64,000 bases of DNA from an uncultured Piscirickettsiaceae bacterium (GTDB taxonomy: Bacteria > Pseudomonadota > Gammaproteobacteria > GCF-002020875): contig CAYFMX010000001.1 of assembly GCA_964344325.1 (NCBI GenBank), positions 81,421 to 145,420 of the forward strand. The letters run 5' to 3'. Position 1 is the stretch's first letter, and each line of letters opens with the position of its first letter. The notes below the pieces were generated by a model. It ran no database searches. It saw only the letters and a list, made by a program, of their open reading frames with translations, and was not told the DNA's origin. Shown here piece by piece: positions 37,148-46,449 of the stretch. The translations under genes and the position numbers were made by a program.

Positions 37148-40042
37148 TTAACCCGTATTCCGCATCCCATTGGAGATGGCGTTGATCGTCCGCAATAATG
37201 GCTGCATCCACAACTCCTTCTCAGCTTCAGCAGTCTCTTCCGCAATAAACCGTTTGTGCAACGCAATTTGCACATGGTTAAGTGGATCAAGATATGGATT
37301 ACGACGGCTCAACGACAATGCAAGGCGCGGATTATCCTGAATCAGGAAATCATTCTGGAGAATCTCCAGCACCTGTGCTTTGGTTTTCGCATATTCGTCG
37401 CGGATCATGCCAAAAATCACTTCCGCTTGCTCTTTGTTAGTGCAAAGCTGGGCATACTGCTCGGCGATCTCCATATCCCCTTTGGAAAGCGCCATCTGCG
37501 TGTTGCTGAGCAGAGCGCGGAAATACGGCCACGTTTTGACCATTTTGCGCAACTGATGAAACCGTTCTGGATCATCCTCACGCCATTTTTCCAACGCCGT
37601 GCCAATGCCGTACCAAGCGGGTAAAGTATGACGCGATTGCGCCCAGCCAAAGACCCACGGAATCGCACGGATGTTATGACGGGAGCGGTTCTGTTCCAGA
37701 TGCCCTTCGGTGAAGGAGCCAGACCCCAAATTGAGCATACCAATTTCCAGCACGGGCGTTGCTTCGTAGAAGTAATCCATCAGCCCCGGCGTTTCATCGA
37801 CCAGTTGGTGATAATGCGCAGTACCTAATTGGCTGAGTTGCTGCATCGTCTCGCGGTACTGACCTTTCTCCTCTTGCACCGGACGGACAAGATTCAGGCT
37901 CGCCTTCATCAAACCTGTGATGCCCATCACCAACTCGTAACGTGCTGTTTCGACGTTGGCATATTTGTAGTAGAGGGTTTCTCCTTGCTCGGTGAACTTG
38001 ACCTGGCCGTGCACCGTACCGGTTGGTTGAGCAAGAATCGAATCATGCGTTGGACCCCCACCACGACCAATCGTGCCACCGCGTCCGTGGAAGAGGCGGC
38101 ATTCGATACCATGTTTTTGAGTCAGTGCAGTGATTTTGCACTGCGATTCGTAAAGCTTCCACGAGGAAGCCAAGATGCCGCCATCCTGACAGGAGTAGGA
38201 ATACCCCAGCATGATCTCCTGCAAATTGCCGGAGATTTCTAGCAAACGGCGGTAGGTTGGGTTCTCAAACAACTGCGACAACACCGATTCCAGCCGTTCA
38301 AGGTCATCAATCGTCTCAAACAACGGTGTTACCCGGATATGGCAGAAATCGCCGGAAAGTTCGTGTCCAACCAATCCTGTTTGGCGTGCCAGAAACATCA
38401 CTTCCAGCAAATGGCTGGCGTTGTGAGTCATGGAGACAATATAGTGTCCAAATGCCTCATTACCGACCTCTTCGCGCAGACGCGCCATGACCGAGAAGAC
38501 TTCCAGTGTTTCGCGGGTCTCTTCGGTCAACGATTCAGATGGAATGTTGAGTGGACGATCCTGCTCAATCGCTTTGGCGAGGATGTCGAGCCGTTCCTCT
38601 TCTGCCAACGTGTTGTAATCAATTTCCAGATCACTGGTGGCGATCAGTTCTGCGACCGCTGTTGTGTGGCGTTCCGAGCTCTGGCGAATATCAAGATGAA
38701 GCAGATGGAATCCAAACGTTTCGACCAAGCGGATCAGATCCAACAAGTCGCCACGGGCAGAACGTTCATCTCCATTGGCTACCAGCGAATCGTACATAAT
38801 TCGCAAATCTTCGCGGAAATCGGCCACCGAAGGATACGCGCCGTAGCCTTTTTCCGGCTCTTCCTCTTCTAGCGCACCGCGCCCTGTCTGGCTATTCAAA
38901 CGTTGGGTAAAATATTCAAGGTTGTAGCGGAGCCGGTGAAGAATGACGAAAAGACGGCGACGATACGGCTCGTTGATAAATTTCTGCATCTCCTCCGGTG
39001 ACATTGCCTTACAACTGATCTGATCCAATTTCAATTGTGCTTCCAGTTCGTCCGAAAGCGGCGCAAGAGTGCTGGAGTGAGTCAGAATGTGCGCCAATTC
39101 GCCGATGCGCTTGATGTATTCTTCAATGATCACCTGGGCATAGGTGAGTACAGCGGTTTCCGTGGTTTTCGGTGTAACATACGGATTGCCATCGCGGTCA
39201 CCGCCAATCCAGGAACCAAAACGGATAAACGGTGGCACTTCGATTTTGTTCGGGCCAGAACGTGCCGCTTGCGCATCGCCATCAAAATAGAGGTTGCGGA
39301 TGCGCCGTTCCAGATTACGATAAACACGCGGTACAGCCGAAAAGAGCGACTGCTGGTAATAGTAAATACCCAGCTGTACTTCATCTTCGACGCTGGGCTT
39401 GTAGGTACGCACCTCATCAGTTTTCCAGAGGATTTCGATCTCGCGTTCCAGATTATCTTCCGCTTCCTGCTTGTCCACCGCGCTGGAACGGACATTATCA
39501 ATATGATCCTCAATCACAAAAATCCGACGCAGTGCACCCATGATGGTACGTCGCCGTGCTTCTGTTGGATGCGCGGTCATCACCGGCATATAAGCCAGCT
39601 GATTGAGTAGCTTCTGCAACTCTGCAGGCGTGACACCCTGTTTGTGGAAATCACGAATTGTCTCGTCGAAGGAGCCTTCCCACAACGGCTCTTCTGCATC
39701 AACCGGATGAGCGGCGCGTTGTTGTTGCCGCTGGTGATGCTGTGCCACCTCTTCTGCCAGATTGACGAGGTTGAAATAGATATTGAAAGCACGGATGACG
39801 TGGGTCAGTTCTTCCGGTGTTAGATCCTCAATCACTTGCATCAAGCGTGTATGCTGTTTCGGATCACTTTCTTCTTCATTACGCAAAGCAATAAAGCCAG
39901 TACGCAGAGTTTCGACTGCGTTGAATACCGATTCGCCCGCCTGTTTCTTGAGCACATTACCCAGCACGGTGCCGAGGTATTTGACCCGGCTGCGTAGCCG
40001 ACGGTCTCCAGGTTGGGTCAGTCTGTCTTCAATCAGATTCAT
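37148..40042 (-). CDS. ppc: phosphoenolpyruvate carboxylase (with an atypical GYSDSxKD loop)
   Basis: 964 aa with VMTAHPTE, GSWIGGDRDGNP, FHGRGGTIGRGGGP and a C-terminal NGMRNTG. The loop at 38177-38206 reads GYSYSCQDGG. Confidence 0.9.
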   Translation of the reverse strand: MNLIEDRLTQPGDRRLRSRVKYLGTVLGNVLKKQAGESVFNAVETLRTGFIALRNEEESDPKQHTRLMQVIEDLTPEELTHVIRAFNIYFNLVNLAEEVAQHHQRQQQRAAHPVDAEEPLWEGSFDETIRDFHKQGVTPAELQKLLNQLAYMPVMTAHPTEARRRTIMGALRRIFVIEDHIDNVRSSAVDKQEAEDNLEREIEILWKTDEVRTYKPSVEDEVQLGIYYYQQSLFSAVPRVYRNLERRIRNLYFDGDAQAARSGPNKIEVPPFIRFGSWIGGDRDGNPYVTPKTTETAVLTYAQVIIEEYIKRIGELAHILTHSSTLAPLSDELEAQLKLDQISCKAMSPEEMQKFINEPYRRRLFVILHRLRYNLEYFTQRLNSQTGRGALEEEEPEKGYGAYPSVADFREDLRIMYDSLVANGDERSARGDLLDLIRLVETFGFHLLHLDIRQSSERHTTAVAELIATSDLEIDYNTLAEEERLDILAKAIEQDRPLNIPSESLTEETRETLEVFSVMARLREEVGNEAFGHYIVSMTHNASHLLEVMFLARQTGLVGHELSGDFCHIRVTPLFETIDDLERLESVLSQLFENPTYRRLLEISGNLQEIMLGYSYSCQDGGILASSWKLYESQCKITALTQKHGIECRLFHGRGGTIGRGGGPTHDSILAQPTGTVHGQVKFTEQGETLYYKYANVETARYELVMGITGLMKASLNLVRPVQEEKGQYRETMQQLSQLGTAHYHQLVDETPGLMDYFYEATPVLEIGMLNLGSGSFTEGHLEQNRSRHNIRAIPWVFGWAQSRHTLPAWYGIGTALEKWREDDPERFHQLRKMVKTWPYFRALLSNTQMALSKGDMEIAEQYAQLCTNKEQAEVIFGMIRDEYAKTKAQVLEILQNDFLIQDNPRLALSLSRRNPYLDPLNHVQIALHKRFIAEETAEAEKELWMQPLLRTINAISNGMRNTG

Positions 40043-40140
40043 GGTCGGCTTTCTCTTGTTTGATTGTCTTGGTCGTCTTTGGCGATTTTTGGAGCTTCTT
40101 TCGAAGCTTATTGCCCGAATTTTTCTGCCTGAATTTTTGC

Positions 40141-40178
40141 CTGGTTACATTTCCATGCACTGGTTACATTTCCATGCA
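40141..40178. repeat. perfect tandem duplication 2 x 19 nt (CTGGTTACATTTCCATGCA)
   Basis: Read directly. One unit contains the last four codons and the stop of the rhodanese gene; the other lies just downstream. Confidence 0.9.
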
Positions 40179-40466
40179 GGTGAGGTAATTCCGGAAGGAG
40201 CCTAAATCGTGCACCTGATCAAATCCCATCATCTCCAGATACCGCTTCGCCATGCGGGTACGAGTCCCCGTAACGCAATAGAGGATAATCGGCTTACTTT
40301 TGTCGAGTGATTCCTCTGCGGACTGGATAGTTTGAAGCGGCACGCTGATCGCATTGGGGAGTGCGCCCTGCGCGAATTCCTGCGGGGTGCGGACATCGAC
40401 CAGTTGGGCTTCCTCTTCTTCCAGCAGCCGTTTGGCTTCTTCACAACTGACATTGTCGAACAACAT
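40164..40466 (-). CDS. single-domain rhodanese-like sulfurtransferase
   Basis: 100 aa. The active-site loop is ILYCVTGTRTRMAKRYL. Confidence 0.8.
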   Translation of the reverse strand: MLFDNVSCEEAKRLLEEEEAQLVDVRTPQEFAQGALPNAISVPLQTIQSAEESLDKSKPIILYCVTGTRTRMAKRYLEMMGFDQVHDLGSFRNYLTCMEM

Positions 40467-40613
40467 GGGATGGAACTCCGTACAAAAAATCGCTAATTAC
40501 AGGACGGATGCGCCGATCAGTCAAGAACCATTATGAACAACTAATATGATGGATCGGTGATTTGTGCAGAGTTGGCAATCAATTTGGCGGTTAATTTTGA
40601 ATGAAAAACAGGA

Positions 40614-41186
40614 TCAACCATTCAAAAAATGCTTGCGGTAAAACTTAAGCTCTTCAATGGATTCACGAATATCCAGTAACGCTGTATGTGCTTCCTGCTT
40701 TTCAAACTGATCCACCAGTCCCGGTCGCCAGCGATTCGCCAATTCTTTCAACGTGCTAACATCAATGTGACGATAGTGAAAGTGATCTTTCAGTTCTGGC
40801 ATCCAACGCGCAAGGAAACGCCGATCCTGACAAACGGTATTACCACACATCGGCGAAACGCCTGCCGGGACGAACGGTTTTAGAAATGCGATGGTTTTTT
40901 CTTCTGCTTCACGCATCGGGACACTATCATTCCGAATGCGCGCAACCAGTCCGGATTCCGTGTGGGTTTTGGTGTTCCAGTCATCCATTTTTGCCAAGGT
41001 TTCGCTTGGGTGTGCAATGGCAAAAACCGGACCTTCAGAGAGCACGTTTAGCTCTGCATCAGTGACGATAGTGGCGATTTCAATAATGGTATCGCTATCC
41101 GGATCAAGTCCCGTCATTTCCAGGTCAATCCAGATCAAATTTTGATTAGTTTCCTGTTGCACCTTTTGAGTCTGGGTTTCTGTCAT
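40614..41186 (-). CDS. orn: oligoribonuclease
   Basis: 190 aa. [27 protein letters not shown] belongs to the DEDDh exonuclease type and the protein matches Orn over its full length. Confidence 0.95.
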   Translation of the reverse strand: MTETQTQKVQQETNQNLIWIDLEMTGLDPDSDTIIEIATIVTDAELNVLSEGPVFAIAHPSETLAKMDDWNTKTHTESGLVARIRNDSVPMREAEEKTIAFLKPFVPAGVSPMCGNTVCQDRRFLARWMPELKDHFHYRHIDVSTLKELANRWRPGLVDQFEKQEAHTALLDIRESIEELKFYRKHFLNG

Positions 41187-41998
41187 GGGGTAATTTTATC
41201 AACGAGTCGTTTGAAAAAAGGCGCGTTTTTAATTTCGTCCGTGCTGGGGAGCCAACTATTTGTGACCGTGCAATTTTCTTGCATCCAGCTTTCTACCTGT
41301 CCAACCATTGGGGTGATATCTAGGATTTGATAGAGCGCAATGCTTTTCTCCCAGAGGGCGCACGCCGCTTTTGTATCGTGGTTTTCCTGTTTCATCACGA
41401 TTAATCCCAGGTTAGCATAAATGGAAGCACTTTTTTTCTGGTCGCCGATCTCTTCAGTGATTTCCAGTGCTTTCTGATAGAACCCTTTAGCTCGACCTAA
41501 ATTACCACGCATCTGCGCCAGATTTCCCAGTTTGCTGTAATCCATCGCGATCCCTTCTTTGCGTCCCAATTCAATCTCAATAGTCAGCGATTTTAGATGC
41601 CATTTTTCAGCTTCTACCAGATTGTTCTGTTTTCTGGCGAGAATACTGAGATTGCTATAGGCGGCAGCTTGCCAGCTCTTTTGTGTATCTGCGTATTTAA
41701 GAAGAGTTAAAAAGGTGTTTTTAGCTTCTTCAAAACGTTGCAGACGGGTAAAAAGCATGCCGATCTGATTACGTGCATGCAGATGATTAGGGTCAAGTAT
41801 CAATGCTTGCTGGTAAGCGTACAGTGCATGATCTGCATCCAGATAGTAGGAATGATTGCCTATTTTGATCCACTCTTGTGCCGATTTTGCTTGGGACTGC
41901 GCGCCAAAAGGGAGCGTTAAGATGAGCAGGAAGATTGTTGCCGTAGTGATAGATAGTCTATTTGGCATGCGGTATTTGGATTTCATAATAATTCTCAA
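41183..41998 (-). CDS. exported tetratricopeptide-repeat protein
   Basis: 271 aa with a signal peptide and repeated TPR-like 34-aa units (AxxxYxxAL..). The stop overlaps the orn start by 4 nt. Confidence 0.7.
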   Translation of the reverse strand: MRIIMKSKYRMPNRLSITTATIFLLILTLPFGAQSQAKSAQEWIKIGNHSYYLDADHALYAYQQALILDPNHLHARNQIGMLFTRLQRFEEAKNTFLTLLKYADTQKSWQAAAYSNLSILARKQNNLVEAEKWHLKSLTIEIELGRKEGIAMDYSKLGNLAQMRGNLGRAKGFYQKALEITEEIGDQKKSASIYANLGLIVMKQENHDTKAACALWEKSIALYQILDITPMVGQVESWMQENCTVTNSWLPSTDEIKNAPFFKRLVDKITP

Positions 41999-42137
41999 GA
42001 TTGCCGAGAAAATAGCAACTGTATCAGTGAAATGGGTCAGATTCCAAAAAATGACTCAGTTTGTACTGTAGTGGTCTAATAATTTCAGAGAGTTTTATAG
42101 CCTATATTCCTCTTCAAATACTCTGGAAAAAAACCAA

Positions 42138-42386
42138 ATAACCACAAGAAAAGAACGGGTTTCTTTCACCCCGGAACAACGGTGGGATTATGCCAAACTG
42201 ATGGTGGAGGAAAACTACAGCAACAAAAAAATAATAGAAATCTGCGGTACTGGTGAGTCGGCGATGACACGCTGGAAAAAACAGTACCGCTTTTACAACT
42301 ACGGGAGGCTCCATTCTGCGATTGATTACCAAACGCCACACCAACAGTCACAGCAATTGAAACAACGAATGAAAAAAGCGGCTTAA
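42138..42386 (+). pseudogene. internally deleted IS3-family transposase remnant
   Basis: The in-frame reading is (ATA)TTRKERVSFTPEQRWDYAKLMVEENYSNKKIIEICGTGESAMTRWKKQY, an OrfA HTH. It is fused directly to RFYNYGRLHSAIDYQTP, the extreme C-terminus of an OrfB integrase. There is no ATG at the expected start. A possible IRL, TGTACTGTAGTGG, lies at 42063. Confidence 0.6.
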
Positions 42387-42497
42387 TTTCTCTACAAAAA
42401 AACTTGACCATTACAAAAAAACATGTATTAGATATTTTAGGGCAGTATGGCAGCAAAGAATTCACGATAACTTTTGCATGATCACTTACAGAGAACG

Positions 42498-44000
42498 CTA
42501 TCGGGAACGTTGCCACTGTTGTGGGCCACTGGTATGGACTGAATCGCCCGTAGAGTCTACTGCCACTGTCACAGGCATCTCCTCCACTTCAAATTCGTAA
42601 ATGGCTTCCATACCTAGCTCTTCAAACGCCAGTACACGCGATTTTTTGATCGCTTTGGAAACGAGGTAAGCGGCACCGCCGACAGCAATCAAATAAGCGG
42701 ATTTGTGTTGGCGGATTGAATCGACTGTGGCTGTCCCGCGTTCTGCTTTGCCGACCATCCCTAAAATGCCAGTTTTTTCCAGCATCATATCAGTGAAACG
42801 ATCCATCCGTGTTGAAGTGGTAGGGCCGGCAGGACCGACTGCTTCATCGCCGACTGGATCGACCGGGCCAACGTAGTAGATCAGTTTGTTGGTGAAATCG
42901 ACCGGCAATTTTTCACTAGATTCCAGCAAATCAGCAATGCGTTTGTGTGCTGCATCACGTCCGGTCAACAATTTTCCAGAGAGCAACAACGTTTCGCCTG
43001 ATTTCCAGCTTCGCACCTCTTCTGGCGTGAGTGTATCCAAATTGACGCGTTTGGCGTCAACATCGGGCGACCAGGAAATATCTGGCCATTCGTCGAATTT
43101 CGGCGGTTCCAACGCAGCAGCGTCTGAGCCGTCGAGTGTGAAATGCAAATGGCGCGTCGCAGCACAGTTAGGAATCATCGCCACTGGCAATGAAGCGGCA
43201 TGGGTTGGATATTCTTTGATTTTGACATCCAACACAGTCGTCAAACCGCCTAACCCTTGCGCACCGATACCAAGTGCGTTGACGCGATCATAAATTTCGA
43301 GACGTAACTCTTCTGTGCGCGTTTTTACGCCATGCAGTTGTAATTCGGCAATGTTGATTGGTTCCATCAATGCCTCTTTCGCCATTAGCATCGCTTTTTC
43401 CGCTGTGCCGCCGATGCCGATCCCCAACATGCCGGGCGGACACCACCCTGCACCCATTGATGGGATTTTTTCGACCACCCAGTCAGCGACATTTGCGCTG
43501 GGCGTTAGCACTGCAAATTTCGATTTGTTCTCCGAACCTCCCCCTTTTGCGGCAACGGTTACTTCCAGTTTGTCGCCCGGCACAATTTCCGTGTGGAGGA
43601 TTGCTGGCGTGTTGTCTTTGGTATTCGTGCGTGCGCCTGCTGGGTCAGCAACGACCGAAGCGCGCAAGGTATTGTCTGGATGCATATAGGCATGGCGAAC
43701 GCCTTCGTTGACCAAATCTTGCAGATTTTCCCCTGCCTTCAATCCCGCCCATTGCACCTCCATACCAATTTTTAGGAAAACAACGACGATACCAGTGTCC
43801 TGACAGATTGGACGTTGTCCGTGGGCGCACATTCGCGCATTCATCAGAATTTGCGCAATTGCATCCTTAGCGGCAGGGGACTGCTCGCGTCGCCACGCGT
43901 CCCCCATCGCCTGCACAAAATCGGTCGGCGGGTAATAGGAGATATACTGGAGTGCATCAGCAATGCTAGCGGTGAAGTCGTCGACGTGGATTATTGTCAT
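42498..44000 (-). CDS. class I (Fe-S) fumarate hydratase
   Basis: 500 aa. ICQDTGIVVVFLKIG and the fused alpha/beta domains are typical of class I fumarases. Confidence 0.9.
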   Translation of the reverse strand: MTIIHVDDFTASIADALQYISYYPPTDFVQAMGDAWRREQSPAAKDAIAQILMNARMCAHGQRPICQDTGIVVVFLKIGMEVQWAGLKAGENLQDLVNEGVRHAYMHPDNTLRASVVADPAGARTNTKDNTPAILHTEIVPGDKLEVTVAAKGGGSENKSKFAVLTPSANVADWVVEKIPSMGAGWCPPGMLGIGIGGTAEKAMLMAKEALMEPINIAELQLHGVKTRTEELRLEIYDRVNALGIGAQGLGGLTTVLDVKIKEYPTHAASLPVAMIPNCAATRHLHFTLDGSDAAALEPPKFDEWPDISWSPDVDAKRVNLDTLTPEEVRSWKSGETLLLSGKLLTGRDAAHKRIADLLESSEKLPVDFTNKLIYYVGPVDPVGDEAVGPAGPTTSTRMDRFTDMMLEKTGILGMVGKAERGTATVDSIRQHKSAYLIAVGGAAYLVSKAIKKSRVLAFEELGMEAIYEFEVEEMPVTVAVDSTGDSVHTSGPQQWQRSR

Positions 44001-44323
44001 CTAAAATGGCCTAAAGAGGCTGTTTGAAAAAAATTGAAATTCAATGTAGATTCTGTTGACATTTAATTAACGCATCCAAATGCAAGGCTGCCACAAAATA
44101 CATAAAAAACTCCTGAAATTGACAGCCTTTTTCTCAAACTGGGAGAAACCCGGCGGCATTGTTCCGCATTATCTACATAAACATGCAGATTTCTAAAAAG
44201 GAATCCATGTATTTGTTCCTATTGGGAATCGGTTATTTTTTTACACATCCCCTGAAAATATATCTGTAAAACACAATATCAACAGAACCTAACTTACATA
44301 ACAGTATTATCTTTGTAAAATTA

Positions 44324-44415
44324 TACGCGAAAAAAAAGCCTGTCCCCATTCCGGAACAGGCTTAATAACCAATGATCAAGTGCAGAGGTACTACCGAAAA
44401 ATAAAAATAACATAT
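44324..44415 (-). repeat. copy B of the ~90-nt terminator-bearing intergenic element
   Basis: Near-identical to 4708-4800. The hairpin is AAGCCTGTTCC-ggaatg-GGGACAGGCTT followed by TTTTTTTCGCGTA on the minus strand. Confidence 0.7.
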
Positions 44416-44508
44416 TGAATATAAACATATTATTTTAATCCGACTTTCGAGATACCCCTAAAGTTACCCCAAAATCTTTCCCTCTATCCGCTCTATTATA
44501 AACGAAAA

Positions 44509-45111
44509 TCACCCTACCCAATACCCAAATTTTGAGGTGAATTCACGTTCACACCGCTCCATGTGGTAATCGTGTTCGGTAACTAACCGTTGATAGGTTT
44601 TTTCGTGCATCCCTTTTGTTTTGGGTTCATGCCCGTCAAGGATACCGCTCCATTCCCATTTTAGCTTATCTCTGATCTTTTCTGCACGTCGTGCTGCCCG
44701 GTCATACGCCTGTTCGCGCTGGCAAGAGTAGGCTAAATCTAGGCAGTGGCGGCATAGAAACAGCTTTGCACTGTAGAGAATCGCCACCCTACGCCCACAA
44801 TGCGGACAATAGAACCACGGGCGTTTCCCGCCAAAATTACACGCTGTCCACTTCACCAGAATCGGATATTCCATCTCTTCCTTTTCCCCTGTTGCGTGGT
44901 GGGTGTTGGTGTATGTCAGCAGGATTTGATCCCGTTCGGTACGGATCGAAATGGAATCTGTTTTTTCCCCGTTGCGATACCAGTTCATCAAATATGAATG
45001 GAAATCTGCTTGGTCTGGTTTGATCATTTTTTTCCGCGCCAGATAGCGAATATCCAGTTTTTTATAACTGTCGGTGGTGCGCTTTACATCAAAAGAGTAA
45101 CGGTATCCCAT
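44509..45111 (-). CDS. zinc-ribbon hypothetical protein (200 aa)
   Basis: It contains FYCPHCGRRVAILYS....CRHCLDLAY (CxxC...CxxC). It is the last gene of the islet. Confidence 0.55.
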   Translation of the reverse strand: MGYRYSFDVKRTTDSYKKLDIRYLARKKMIKPDQADFHSYLMNWYRNGEKTDSISIRTERDQILLTYTNTHHATGEKEEMEYPILVKWTACNFGGKRPWFYCPHCGRRVAILYSAKLFLCRHCLDLAYSCQREQAYDRAARRAEKIRDKLKWEWSGILDGHEPKTKGMHEKTYQRLVTEHDYHMERCEREFTSKFGYWVG

Positions 45112-45270
45112 ATTTTTTACTTGCCCATTCTATAATTAAATAAAATCAGCATATTATATAAAAAATACGGATTCGGGTTTGGCTTCCTGTGCGCAAGAAT
45201 TAACCGAAATCATTAGGGAAATTGGCTGGCAATCTTGTCAAAACCTAATGCCCTAGGATCATTTTCATCC

Positions 45271-45493
45271 GTTGCAACTTCATGCAACTTTTCGGGTGTT
45301 TTTTCAGGGTAAAAGTTGCGCGGTTTTTCGGTTTAGGTTGCAGAGTAGTTGCATCTATTGTTGCAGTAGAAGCTCTTTTCTATCAGTTAGTTTTTGATGT
45401 TGGTTGCACACTTGTTGCGTAGCCAGTTGCACAGAAGCCCCCAAAAGTTGCAAGTTGCGCCGCCTAGGGAATGCAACACGCAACTTTTCCGGT
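45271..45493. repeat. iteron array (GTTGCA/GTTGCG), putative replication origin of the islet
   Basis: Ten direct copies start at 45271, 45315, 45337, 45348, 45360, 45403, 45414, 45426, 45447 and 45454. Inverted copies start at 45273, 45283, 45472 and 45479. Two triplets are spaced 11-12 bp apart. The extended form is AAAAGTTGC. An AT-rich block lies at 45112-45180. Confidence 0.6.
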
Positions 45494-45501
45494 TTTCTGG
45501 C

Positions 45502-46449
45502 TCATGCGGGAAGCTTCCCTTCCTCTTTTGCTCTTTTGACCATCCGGGAAATATTTGATTTATTGCGGCCTACCTCTTCAGCAATCTCCATCTGATTCAA
45601 ACCGTCTTTACGCAGTGCAATCACCCGTTCATAGAGGGATTCCTCCTGCGGTTTCCAGCTCCACTGATAACTGTTTTCAGAATTGGCGTTCAGAATTGCT
45701 TCCAGTGGTTCCGAATCTTCACCAGCAAAACCTCGCGCCTTCTCAAAGTGAATTTCAAACCGTGCCCCCTGTTTGGCTTCATAATCGCTGGGGCGTTTCA
45801 GGCCGATCACCGTATCCAGCACATCCTCTTTTGCACTGGTTCCCCGCTGGTTGCCGCTCTTGCCGCTGTGATGAATAAACAGCACCGACCGACCCGCACC
45901 GCGTTGGCGTAATGCCCATTCCTGCACCGGCATCCAGCTATCCGCATCATTGGTGCGCGGGGCGCGGCAAAGGGTCGCGAGGTTATCGACCACGATCAAA
46001 TCAACGCCCTTGAGCAACGGTTCCAGTTGTTCCTGATCGTCTGGTTCAGAAAGGTTGAATGCAGGCCGTTCTTTCGGTTGCAAATCCGGGGTGAAAACTT
46101 CCAGATTAGTTCGTGCGGTTTTGTCTGCTTCACTGGCAGAAATATTCTGTAGCCGTTCCTGCAACGCGGGTGCGGGCATCTCCCCATCCAGATAAAGCAC
46201 ACCAGCCGGTGCAGGTGCTTTCCAGTCCAGAAAATTTCCACCGGTTGCTACCGCATAGGCCACTGCTAGCGCAACATGGGTTTTTCCAATCCCCCGGTAA
46301 GCATGAATCATTGCCAACCCTTGACGGGGTAGCCACGGCGCAAGCAGCAGTTCACGCGGCGGCAAATCCATACGGATGAAATTATCCAACTCGACCAGTT
46401 TGATCGTTGGTTCCGGCGGTGCGGCTTCTGTGAGCATTCCTTCGCTCAT
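45502..46449 (-). CDS. RecA-like (AAA_25/RepA-like) ATPase with a C-terminal HTH
   Basis: The Walker A context is MIHAYRGIGKTHVALAVAYAV. Also present are LIVVDNLATL, VLFIHHSGK and the C-terminal HTH NQMEIAEEVGRNKSNISRMVKRAKEEG. The start ATG 46449 overlaps the primase stop (ATGA). Confidence 0.7.
   Translation of the reverse strand: MSEGMLTEAAPPEPTIKLVELDNFIRMDLPPRELLLAPWLPRQGLAMIHAYRGIGKTHVALAVAYAVATGGNFLDWKAPAPAGVLYLDGEMPAPALQERLQNISASEADKTARTNLEVFTPDLQPKERPAFNLSEPDDQEQLEPLLKGVDLIVVDNLATLCRAPRTNDADSWMPVQEWALRQRGAGRSVLFIHHSGKSGNQRGTSAKEDVLDTVIGLKRPSDYEAKQGARFEIHFEKARGFAGEDSEPLEAILNANSENSYQWSWKPQEESLYERVIALRKDGLNQMEIAEEVGRNKSNISRMVKRAKEEGKLPA

Noticed and set aside
44001-44508. A search for a direct repeat of the tRNA-Phe 3' end (TGGTGGCCAGAGGTGGAATCGAA on the plus strand) to define the left att site of the islet.
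   Set aside because: I found only fragmentary resemblances (for example TGGCCTAAAGAGG at 44007 and GGGAATCGG at 44224). None is convincing, so the left boundary is left approximate.
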